Assembly (NCBI GenBank): GCA_037144095.1 | Contig: JBAWXL010000001.1 | Span: 1-51,032 of the forward strand | Length of the DNA: 51,032 nt | Direction of reading: 5' to 3' | Source: Bacteroidota bacterium | GTDB lineage: Bacteria; Bacteroidota; Bacteroidia; Bacteroidales; CAIXTV01 | In this document: piece by piece, positions 9,998 to 18,346 of the stretch | Numbering within the stretch: position 1 is the first letter of the stretch | Layout: every line of letters starts with the position of its first letter | Program-made: the position numbers and the translations under genes | Notes under the pieces: generated by a model | The model's input: the letters and a program-made list of their open reading frames with translations, nothing else | Told to the model about the DNA's origin: nothing | Databases searched by the model: none

Positions 9998-11008
9998 ATG
10001 GAAGCAAAACTTCAACGTCATTTCGATTCCAAATTAAAATTACAGGATTTTTGCGTCATTAACGACGATCCCCTCTCACTCCTTATCGAATATCCTGTAT
10101 TAATCATTCTTCTGAATCTGATCATCAACAAAATTCATGCAGCAGTTGCCATTAACAAAGCCAATCTAAAGCACTTTGCCACCAACAAAGAAATCCTTCA
10201 AAGAGTTATGGTCGATATCGTTTGGCGCTATCAACTCCGCGCCCGTGTTTTCGCACGCAATAACAATTTACCCGATATCTATCAGTCGCTTAAATTCGAA
10301 AAATCATATATGTTAGATAACGACGATGCCACAGTTATCGATAGAGCTAAAGAAATCATGAAAATCATGAAAACTCACCTTTCACTACTCACAAACCTAA
10401 CTCAGGCAAATATCACCGAAATGGAAGCAAGCATAGCAGCTTGCGAAGAAAATCTCTTAAGTCCCGAAGAAGCTATTAAAGACCGCAAAGCCTATGGCAC
10501 CGATCTTATCCCCGGTTTATTAAAAGAAGCAGATGTCGTCACCGACGATATTGGCGATTTAGTAGAATCCTATCTTGAAGACCTTTATCCCGATTGGCTC
10601 GTTAGAGCAAAGATTGGCAAAGCCACCGGCACACGCCATCAATCCATTTCAATTAAATATCTTGATGCCGCTACTAAAGCTCCTCTTAAAAAAGTAAAAA
10701 CAACTATTACAAACGCCACTGGCACTATCACCCAAGTATTCTACAGCACAAAAGCCGGATGCGTAACCATCTACAGCCTCGAAACAGGCAATTGGACTAT
10801 TACTTCAGAATATCAAAACTATATAACCGACACCAAAGCCAATGTAGGCGTATTCGATAAAAAAGTTGCCAAGTTCGAAATCAAACTCCAACTCCATACA
10901 GCTCCCACCCCTCCCGAATCCACAGCCGAGCCCACACCCCCAACTTCTGAAATCACCCCAACCCCCGAACCTTCCCCAACCCCCGAACCCACTCCCCCCA
11001 GCGAATAA
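9998..11008 (+). CDS. Hypothetical protein: helical N-terminal region, beta-rich C-terminal region and a Pro/Thr/Glu-rich tail
   Basis: 336-aa ORF ending in the low-complexity tail TAPTPPESTAEPTPPTSEITPTPEPSPTPEPTPPSE. It is followed by a strong terminator. I recognise no family. Confidence 0.65.
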   Translation: MEAKLQRHFDSKLKLQDFCVINDDPLSLLIEYPVLIILLNLIINKIHAAVAINKANLKHFATNKEILQRVMVDIVWRYQLRARVFARNNNLPDIYQSLKFEKSYMLDNDDATVIDRAKEIMKIMKTHLSLLTNLTQANITEMEASIAACEENLLSPEEAIKDRKAYGTDLIPGLLKEADVVTDDIGDLVESYLEDLYPDWLVRAKIGKATGTRHQSISIKYLDAATKAPLKKVKTTITNATGTITQVFYSTKAGCVTIYSLETGNWTITSEYQNYITDTKANVGVFDKKVAKFEIKLQLHTAPTPPESTAEPTPPTSEITPTPEPSPTPEPTPPSE

Positions 11009-11046
11009 CACCAATCATAAATCCTAAATCTCAAATCTTAAATTCC

Positions 11047-11072
11047 AAAAGGCTTACGCAAGTAAGCCTTTT
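11047..11072 (+). terminator. Rho-independent terminator
   Basis: AAAAGGCTTAC-GCAA-GTAAGCCTTTT lies 39 nt after the stop at 11008. A second hairpin, CCTGAC-TGCC-GTCAGG, sits at 11149-11164. Confidence 0.75.
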
Positions 11073-11191
11073 CCTTTGTGCAGCTTTGTGCAAAACCTTA
11101 GTGAAACTTTGTGTCCCAGCCTTCCTTCTTAATTCTTGGAATTTGAAACCTGACTGCCGTCAGGCAAGTTTTGGGGCTTGGGTCTTTTTTC

Positions 11192-11247
11192 TAAAAGCCT
11201 AAATGTCTAAACAGCTAAATGCCTAAAAGCCTATTAGCCTAACTACA
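11192..11247. repeat. 8-bp microsatellite, 7 units (TAAAWGCC-like)
   Basis: The units are TAAAAGCC TAAATGTC TAAACAGC TAAATGCC TAAAAGCC TATTAGCC TAACTACA. The last unit overlaps the stop codon of the gene at 11243. Confidence 0.7.
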
Positions 11248-11980
11248 GCTTATTATTTACAAGCGTATTGGTGCTAAGCAGCAGTTCGAAGGATTTGGTT
11301 TGCACCGCTACTTTCAGCCCTTCGAGATAATTGTTGTTGTGCATATCGCTTCCCACCAAATCGTAGAATTTTAGTTTAACCAATTGCTCTGCCATTTTTC
11401 GCACGGCAGTATCGTAATACCCTCCCAGAGAGTTCACATTCAGTTGAAGCAGCATCCCGCGATCTTTGAGTTCTTCAAATTTATCAAACTGATTGAACCA
11501 ATAGGAATAGCGTTCGGGATGTGCCAACACAATGTTATAGCCTTCTAACTGCAGATTGAAAAGTACTGTGGGCAAATTAGGATAAGGCATATAATAAGAC
11601 AGCTCAATCAAAACAAAGTTGTCGCCAAAGGTGAGGAGCTTTTCGTTTTTGAGTTTATATTCAAAACCTTCGTCGATGAGATATTCGGCAGCGGCTTCAA
11701 TTTCGATGTCGATTTCCGCCTCATGCACGGCAGCTTTTAATTCATCTAAACCTTTTAGGATGATTTCGGGCGTGTTTTTGAAAAAATCGTGTTGTATGTG
11801 AGGCGTGGTAATAAGTTTTTGATAGCCCATTTGCTTCATCTCGCGAATCAAGCTGAGGGATTCTTCAATTGAGTTTACACCATCATCAATTCCCGGAATG
11901 AAATGCGAATGGATGTCAGCTTTCAGAACAGAGAGATCGATAGGCGGTTTTGGTTTCGAATGCTTGCTGAAAAATCCCAT
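11243..11980 (-). CDS. CpsB/CapC-type PHP-family protein-tyrosine phosphatase (capsule/EPS regulation)
   Basis: It has the motif DIHSHFIPGIDDG near the N-terminus plus later His/Asp motifs (TTPHI, LAHPERY, GSDMH). The ORF extends to 12052, but the Met at 11980 (MGFFSKHSK) avoids overlap with rfbB. Confidence 0.85.
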   Translation of the reverse strand: MGFFSKHSKPKPPIDLSVLKADIHSHFIPGIDDGVNSIEESLSLIREMKQMGYQKLITTPHIQHDFFKNTPEIILKGLDELKAAVHEAEIDIEIEAAAEYLIDEGFEYKLKNEKLLTFGDNFVLIELSYYMPYPNLPTVLFNLQLEGYNIVLAHPERYSYWFNQFDKFEELKDRGMLLQLNVNSLGGYYDTAVRKMAEQLVKLKFYDLVGSDMHNNNYLEGLKVAVQTKSFELLLSTNTLVNNKL

Positions 11981-11985
11981 TAGGT

Positions 11986-13041
11986 TTATCTTTTGACGTA
12001 CTGCTGATCGTAGTATGACTGATAGGCGCCCGAAGTTACATTGTGGAGCCAATCTTCATTGTTCAGATACCATTCAACAGTTAAGTCGAGCCCTTGTTCA
12101 AATTGGAGCGATGGCTCCCAGTTTAATTCGTTTTTTATTTTTGTGGCATCAATGGCATAACGCATATCATGTCCGGCACGGTCTTTCACGAAAGTTATCA
12201 AACTGGCAGAAGTGCCTTCAGGGCGATGCAAATGCTTGTCCATTAGCTTGCAGAGAAGTTGAACAAGGTCGATGTTTTTCCATTCGTTGTTGCCGCCAAT
12301 GTTGTAAGTTTCGCCTGTTTTACCTTTATGGAAAATCAAGTCGATGGCTTTGGCGTGGTCAATCACATACAACCAATCGCGGATGTTTTCGCCCTTTCCA
12401 TACACGGGCACGGCTTTCATGTTCTTGATATTATGAATGGCAAGTGGAATGAGCTTTTCGGGAAACTGAAACGAGCCATAATTGTTGGAACAATTGGAAA
12501 GCACCACAGGCAATCTGTAGGTGTGATAAAACGCACGAACCAAATGGTCGGCACTGGCTTTGGAGGCTGAATAGGGGCTGCGGGGCGAATAGGCAGTGGT
12601 TTCGGTGAATAAACCTTCGTCGCCCAGAGAGCCATATACTTCGTCGGTCGAAATCAGATAAAAACGCTTAGAGTCGGAATTGTCTTTCCATTGCTTGCGT
12701 GCAGCATTCAGTAAATTGACAGTTCCGATGATATTGGTGAAAATAAATTCGTTGGGATTGCTGATAGAGCGGTCGACATGCGATTCGGCAGCCAAGTGTA
12801 TGATGCCATCGAAATGGTATTTCTCGAACAAAGAATTAATATAAGTTTCGTCGACAATATCGCCTTTTTCGAAAACATAATTCGGATAGTGTTCAATGTC
12901 TTTCAGATTTGCAAGATTTCCGGCATAGGTGAGTTTATCGAGATTCACTACCAAATAATCGGGATATTGCTGAACAAACAGGCGTACCACATGAGAGCCG
13001 ATAAAACCGGCTCCACCTGTAACTAAAATTGTTTTTTTCAT
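11986..13041 (-). CDS. rfbB: dTDP-glucose 4,6-dehydratase
   Basis: 351 aa, with the GGAGFIGS Rossmann motif, YSASKA catalytic motif and end-to-end RfbB-like sequence. Confidence 0.93.
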   Translation of the reverse strand: MKKTILVTGGAGFIGSHVVRLFVQQYPDYLVVNLDKLTYAGNLANLKDIEHYPNYVFEKGDIVDETYINSLFEKYHFDGIIHLAAESHVDRSISNPNEFIFTNIIGTVNLLNAARKQWKDNSDSKRFYLISTDEVYGSLGDEGLFTETTAYSPRSPYSASKASADHLVRAFYHTYRLPVVLSNCSNNYGSFQFPEKLIPLAIHNIKNMKAVPVYGKGENIRDWLYVIDHAKAIDLIFHKGKTGETYNIGGNNEWKNIDLVQLLCKLMDKHLHRPEGTSASLITFVKDRAGHDMRYAIDATKIKNELNWEPSLQFEQGLDLTVEWYLNNEDWLHNVTSGAYQSYYDQQYVKR

Positions 13042-13044
13042 AAA

Positions 13045-14037
13045 TTATTGAATCGGGTAATATACTTTGGTCAGCCACTTATTGGTATCGGGCACCGATT
13101 GAGGATCGGTAACATAGACTTCCCATGGGAAACCTATTACCAGCTTGTTTTTTGCACTAAGCCATTTGTTGATTGCCTTATGGGCGACACCCACTTTTTC
13201 GTAAGCACCATAATAGTCGGCAACCACCACTTTTCCGGCTTTTAATACATGGCATTTTACTTTCCCTTTCGAGGGAATTGCTTTTTCAATCGGAATGCCT
13301 GCTTCAAACACTATCTTTTCGGGAGTATAGACTGAATAAATTGCCAAAGGAGCGCCTGCAACTTTGATTTTGTTTTTTTCAATTGTGGACATGATTTCTG
13401 CATACATAGGGCCAAATTTCTTTCCAATCTCCTTGTCGGAGCATGAATCGGTGATGCCTAAATAATAAGATTGATTGACGGTTGATTCTTCGATGCTTAG
13501 TTTGGGTAATTTTTCGCAAAGGGTTTTTAAAGTGGAAAGACCTTTTTCATAGTCGTTTCCGATAAATTTATCCATAAATAAACCGAAATACTTTGCAATA
13601 GGGTTCCAACCCAAATCTAACTTCATCCACCAAATCACATCCACAGTTTCCATTTTCTGAACAAAATTGAAACCCGCTTTTGCATTGCCCTTATCGCCAA
13701 AATTGATGTCCATTTCGATGCTTTCGCAGGGCTTGGAATCGGTAATAAGAAGTCCACCGTTTCCGACATTTTTTTGTTTACTTTCCCAATGATAGGTAGC
13801 CCCTTTGCCCGAAGGAATTTCGTTGAAGCTAAGCTTCATGGCGGTATCTAATTTAAACCAGGGCGACCACTTATTCCAGTTTGACAAGGTGTTTATTTGT
13901 TCGAAAATAACTTCCTTAGATGAAGAAATGGTGATTTTACGTTCTACATATACTTTTGAAGGCAGAAAGAGAGAAACCACCACAATCAATATCAATAGGA
14001 TGGCTAAAGCTAGAAAGATTCTTTTAATGATTTTCAT
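13045..14037 (-). CDS. Membrane-anchored SRPBCC (START/polyketide-cyclase-like) plus GyrI-like ligand-binding fusion protein
   Basis: 330 aa with an N-terminal TM helix. The N-terminal half is SRPBCC-like (SNWNKWSPW) and the C-terminal half is GyrI-like (YYGAYEKVGVAHKAINKWL). Confidence 0.6.
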   Translation of the reverse strand: MKIIKRIFLALAILLILIVVVSLFLPSKVYVERKITISSSKEVIFEQINTLSNWNKWSPWFKLDTAMKLSFNEIPSGKGATYHWESKQKNVGNGGLLITDSKPCESIEMDINFGDKGNAKAGFNFVQKMETVDVIWWMKLDLGWNPIAKYFGLFMDKFIGNDYEKGLSTLKTLCEKLPKLSIEESTVNQSYYLGITDSCSDKEIGKKFGPMYAEIMSTIEKNKIKVAGAPLAIYSVYTPEKIVFEAGIPIEKAIPSKGKVKCHVLKAGKVVVADYYGAYEKVGVAHKAINKWLSAKNKLVIGFPWEVYVTDPQSVPDTNKWLTKVYYPIQ

Positions 14038-14136
14038 AAATTTAAAATTTTAACTAAGGTAAATAATATTTGTTTATGGGCAATCTTTTTCTCCTATTCC
14101 AAAGAAGCGATCAGGAATAAATTCAAAGAAGTTTTC

Positions 14137-15432
14137 CTATAAACTCCAGTAAGTGTGATTTTTTATTTTGCCTCTGTAGATACCTTTTACATCCACAATA
14201 ATTGCTTTTTCTGATGTAATAGAAGCGAAATAATTTTCATCCAATTCCAGATAGGGTTTATGATTCACTGCAATTATGATAGCATCATAATTGGTCCCGA
14301 CTTTTTCAATTAATTCAAATCCGTATTCGTGTTTTAACTCTTTTGATGAAGCGTAAGGGTCAACTACTTCAACGTGGATGCCATAGGATTTCAATTCGCT
14401 GATTACATCTGCTACTCTTGAGTTTCGGATGTCGCTGACATCTTCCTTAAAAGTAGCACCCATGATTAACACTTTTGCATTTAATACGTTTTTCCCGGCA
14501 GCGATAATTTTCTTAACGGTTTGTTTTGCAACATAAAATCCCATAGAATCATTTACGAAACGCCCTGAATTGATAATTTGAGCATGATAACGGAATTCTT
14601 TTGCTTTAAAAGTGAGATAATAGGGGTCAACGCCGATACAGTGTCCACCCACAAGTCCAGGGAAAAATTTGAGGAAGTTCCATTTGGTTCCTGCGGCTTC
14701 GAGCACTTCATAGGTATTAATCCCCATCTTGTTAAAGATAATTGAAAGCTCATTCATAAGGGCAATATTTACATCGCGTTGTGTGTTTTCGATAATCTTT
14801 GCCGACTCGGCAACTTTTATTGAAGAAGCCCTGTGTACTCCGGCTTTTACCACCAATTCATATACTTTAGCAACGATGTCTAATGATTCGTCATCGCAAC
14901 CTGAAACCACTTTTGTAATAGTAGTAATGGTATGTTCTTTATCGCCCGGGTTTATTCTTTCGGGAGAGAAACCCACTTTAAAATCTTTGATGAATTTTAA
15001 ACCTGAAAGCTCTTCAAGGATTGGAATGCAGTCTTCTTCGGTGCATCCGGGATAAACCGTTGATTCGTAAACTACATAATCACCTCTTTTTAATACTTTG
15101 CCTACCGTGCGAGTAGCCGCAAGCAATGGGGTTAGGTCAGGAAGATTGTGCCCATCAATAGGCGTTGGTACTGCCACAATGTGAAAGGTAGCATCTTTTA
15201 AATCTTCGAGTTTTGCAGTGAAAACGATATCGCAGTTTTCAAATGCTTCTGATGAAAGTTCTTCACTTGGGTCGATGTGATTCTTCATCATTTCAACGCG
15301 ATCTTCTTTAATGTCAAAACCGACTACCTTGATTTTTTTAGCAAATTCAAGTGCAATGGGTAAGCCCACATATCCTAAACCGATAACAGACAGCTTGGTT
15401 TGTTTATTAATTAGTTGTTCATAGAGATTCAT
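14137..15432 (-). CDS. UDP-N-acetyl-hexosamine 6-dehydrogenase (WbpA/TviB-family nucleotide-sugar dehydrogenase)
   Basis: 431 aa with the VIGLGYVGLP NAD motif and GGHCIGVDPYY catalytic Cys motif. Confidence 0.88.
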   Translation of the reverse strand: MNLYEQLINKQTKLSVIGLGYVGLPIALEFAKKIKVVGFDIKEDRVEMMKNHIDPSEELSSEAFENCDIVFTAKLEDLKDATFHIVAVPTPIDGHNLPDLTPLLAATRTVGKVLKRGDYVVYESTVYPGCTEEDCIPILEELSGLKFIKDFKVGFSPERINPGDKEHTITTITKVVSGCDDESLDIVAKVYELVVKAGVHRASSIKVAESAKIIENTQRDVNIALMNELSIIFNKMGINTYEVLEAAGTKWNFLKFFPGLVGGHCIGVDPYYLTFKAKEFRYHAQIINSGRFVNDSMGFYVAKQTVKKIIAAGKNVLNAKVLIMGATFKEDVSDIRNSRVADVISELKSYGIHVEVVDPYASSKELKHEYGFELIEKVGTNYDAIIIAVNHKPYLELDENYFASITSEKAIIVDVKGIYRGKIKNHTYWSL

Positions 15433-15442
15433 AGTATATGAT

Positions 15443-16399
15443 TTATATGTTTTTTAATATTGGGTGATATTCTCCTATTAAGCCTATTGCCTCGGCATTT
15501 CTTATTTGATAGACTGTTTCAATACTTTTTCGGGCATCTTCTAAGCCAAAACCTTTTCCTGATAAGATGTGTTGATAACTTAAGGTATGCAAGTCGGTAA
15601 ATCCATCACTAAATTCTATTTCGTTGTTTTCAATCATAATAGAGCGGAAGGTTCGTTGTTTTTTTTCTAATGCTTCTTTGGGTAAAGTATCAGCATCAAT
15701 TGATAAAAACCATCTTACGCGAGCTTTTTCTAATATAAGATATCCGGCTGCTTTATCGGCAGTTGAAACATGAACTTTGCTTTCCTTCATTTCTCCGAAT
15801 ATCCATTCGAGCATATCAAAGAAATGTACGCCAATGTTGGTGGCAACACCACCCGATTTGCTGTTATCTCCTTTCCATGAAGTAAAGTACCAGCTTCCTC
15901 TTGAAGTAATGTAAGTTAAATCAACATCAAATATTTTTCCTTCAGGGGCTTTTTCAATCTCTTCTTTTAATTTTATTATAGAAGGATGAAGTCTTAATTG
16001 CAGAATAGTATAAATTCGTTTTGCTGTTTCTCTCTCAATGGTTTGTAATGCATCAATATTCCATGGATTCAAAACAATGGGTTTTTCACAGATGGCATGG
16101 GCATCATTACGCAAAGCAAGACGTATGTGAGAATCGTGAAGATAATTGGGAGAGCATATACTTACAAAGTCTATTTTATGATCCCCTTCTCGTTTTAATT
16201 TATCAAGGTGACGGTCAAAGCGTTCAGGTTCAAGGAAAAAAGAAGCATGTGGGAAATAAGAATCAATAATACCAATACTATCAAATTTATCGAGGGCAGA
16301 AACCAGATTATTTCCTGTATCTTTTATGGCTCTCATATGCCTGGGGGCAATGTAACCGGCAGCACCAATCAGCGCGAAATTATATTTGTTGTTTAGCAT
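15443..16399 (-). CDS. Gfo/Idh/MocA oxidoreductase, WbpB-like (UDP-GlcNAcA 3-dehydrogenase)
   Basis: 318 aa with an N-terminal FALIGAAGYIAPRH Rossmann fold. Its operon context lies between a WbpA-like and a WbpD-like gene. Confidence 0.8.
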   Translation of the reverse strand: MLNNKYNFALIGAAGYIAPRHMRAIKDTGNNLVSALDKFDSIGIIDSYFPHASFFLEPERFDRHLDKLKREGDHKIDFVSICSPNYLHDSHIRLALRNDAHAICEKPIVLNPWNIDALQTIERETAKRIYTILQLRLHPSIIKLKEEIEKAPEGKIFDVDLTYITSRGSWYFTSWKGDNSKSGGVATNIGVHFFDMLEWIFGEMKESKVHVSTADKAAGYLILEKARVRWFLSIDADTLPKEALEKKQRTFRSIMIENNEIEFSDGFTDLHTLSYQHILSGKGFGLEDARKSIETVYQIRNAEAIGLIGEYHPILKNI

Positions 16400-16404
16400 T
16401 ATGT

Positions 16405-16983
16405 TTATGAGATTTTATTTACATGATTATCATTTAGCAGATATTTTTCTTTGCTTTCAGGGCATATTGCTATTCCTTCAGGATTAAAATGTAAACGATG
16501 ACCATATTCGCTCATCCAACCGGATTGCCGAGCCGGATTGCCCACCATCAAAGCATAGGCAGGGACTTCTTTTGTAATGACTGCTCCGGCTCCAATAAAA
16601 GCAAATTCACCAATTTCGTGACCACAAACGATAGTAGAATTGGCCCCAATAGTTGCTCCTTTTCTGACAATTGTTTTCAAATATTGACTTTTGCGATTAA
16701 CTGCGCTGCGAGGATTGATAACATTGGTGAAAACCATTGAAGGTCCCAAAAAAACATCGTCTTCACATATCACTCCGGTATAAATAGAAACATTGTTCTG
16801 AATTTTTACGTTGTTACCCAACACAACTTCCGGGGAAATCACAACATTCTGGCCGATATTGCAGTTTTCGCCAATAACACAATTGTTCATAACATGCGAA
16901 AAATGCCATATTTTAGTGCCTTTTCCTATTTGGCATCCCTCATCAACATAAGACGATTCATGAACAAAATATTCTTTTTCCAT
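16405..16983 (-). CDS. Hexapeptide-repeat N-acetyltransferase, WbpD-like
   Basis: 192 aa with left-handed beta-helix hexapeptide repeats ([26 protein letters not shown]). Confidence 0.85.
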   Translation of the reverse strand: MEKEYFVHESSYVDEGCQIGKGTKIWHFSHVMNNCVIGENCNIGQNVVISPEVVLGNNVKIQNNVSIYTGVICEDDVFLGPSMVFTNVINPRSAVNRKSQYLKTIVRKGATIGANSTIVCGHEIGEFAFIGAGAVITKEVPAYALMVGNPARQSGWMSEYGHRLHFNPEGIAICPESKEKYLLNDNHVNKIS

Positions 16984-16985
16984 AA

Positions 16986-18116
16986 CTATTTATTGATGAA
17001 TTCTAATATCGAAGAAGTGATAAATTCCAATTGTTCATCATCCAGTTCCGTATGCATGGGCAAGGAAATTACAGAATGGCTTAACTTTTCGGTTATGGGA
17101 AAATCGCCTGCTTTATTTCGTGGGTCGAGATAGGCTTTTTGTAAATGGAGGGGGACCGGATAATAAATCATGGCAGGAATACCTTTCGCACCTAAATAAT
17201 CAATGAGTTTGGCACGGTCGATGCCATTTGTAACCAGAGTATACTGATGGAAAACATGATCGGTATAAGAAGCTGTTACAGGGGTTTTCAGGTTTGAGCA
17301 ATTTGCAAAAGCGTTATTATAATATGTGGCAGCATAATTTCGTGCTTTGGCATATTCGTCGAGGCGTTGGAGTTTTACTTTCAGAACGGCAGCCTGAATG
17401 CTATCTAATCTTGAATTCACCCCTACAAGGTCGTGATAATAACGAACAACCATGCCATGATTCACAATAATGCGCAATTGTTTGGCAAGTTCATCGTCAT
17501 TTGTGAAAATTGCACCTCCATCACCATAGCATCCCAAATTTTTAGAAGGGAAGAAAGAAGTGCAACCCACATGACCGATGGTGCCTGCTTTTTTGCGACT
17601 GCCATCCATGTAAATATAATCGGCTCCTATTGCCTGACAAGTATCTTCAATTACAAAGAGATTATGTTTTTCGGATATTTCCATAATCTGTTCCATGTTG
17701 GCACATTGCCCAAATAAATGAACCGGAACCACAGCTTTTGTTTTAGGAGTTATCGCTCTTTCGAAAGCTTCAGGGTCAATATTGAATGTGCCTTCTTCAA
17801 CATCTACTAAAACCGGAGTAAGCCCAAGCAAAGCAATTACTTCGGCAGTAGCGATAAAAGTAAAAGAAGTGGTAATGACTTCATCGCCTGGCTTTAGATT
17901 TAATGCCATCATAGCTACCTGCAAGGCATCGGTGCCATTCGCACATGGAATTACATGTTTTACATCTAAATAAGTTTCTAGGTCTTTTTGAAATTGCTGA
18001 ACTGCGGGGCCGTTGATAAAAGCAGTGTTGTCTATTACATCCTGGATAGCTGCGTCAACTTCGAGTTTTATTTTTTGGTATTGGCTCTTAAGGTCAACCA
18101 TTTGTATTTTTTTCAT
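16986..18116 (-). CDS. DegT/DnrJ/EryC1/StrS-family PLP aminotransferase, WbpE-like
   Basis: The ORF extends to 18188. The likely start is [13 protein letters not shown] at 18116. Family motifs are present, including FFPSKNLG (PLP lysine). Confidence 0.9.
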   Translation of the reverse strand: MKKIQMVDLKSQYQKIKLEVDAAIQDVIDNTAFINGPAVQQFQKDLETYLDVKHVIPCANGTDALQVAMMALNLKPGDEVITTSFTFIATAEVIALLGLTPVLVDVEEGTFNIDPEAFERAITPKTKAVVPVHLFGQCANMEQIMEISEKHNLFVIEDTCQAIGADYIYMDGSRKKAGTIGHVGCTSFFPSKNLGCYGDGGAIFTNDDELAKQLRIIVNHGMVVRYYHDLVGVNSRLDSIQAAVLKVKLQRLDEYAKARNYAATYYNNAFANCSNLKTPVTASYTDHVFHQYTLVTNGIDRAKLIDYLGAKGIPAMIYYPVPLHLQKAYLDPRNKAGDFPITEKLSHSVISLPMHTELDDEQLEFITSSILEFINK

Positions 18117-18285
18117 ATAAGTTAAGCTTGAGTGAAATTTAGATTTTTTGCAAAGATAGAAGTTTCTAATAAATATCAGAAAATTCAATAAGCTTTTAGT
18201 AGAAATGGGAGGGCTGAAAGCTTGAAAATATTGTTCGTTTTTACTTCCTTTCTATCTTATAATTTATTGATAATAAAATTAATGT

Positions 18286-18325
18286 TAGAAAAAGAGGCTG
18301 TCATCAATTTGTTGGCAGCCTCTTT
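18286..18325 (-). terminator. Rho-independent terminator of the 992-aa adhesin gene
   Basis: On the minus strand this reads AAAGAGGCTG-loop-CAGCCTCTTT followed by TTTTC, 22 nt after the stop at 18347. Confidence 0.7.
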
Positions 18326-18346
18326 CGCTATATAAATCTAATATTT

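Noticed and set aside
12015-18000. Assorted + strand ORFs of 60-137 aa overlapping rfbB, the dehydrogenase, the oxidoreductase and the aminotransferase.
   Set aside because: All are embedded antisense in well-supported minus-strand enzyme genes, and none has recognisable motifs.
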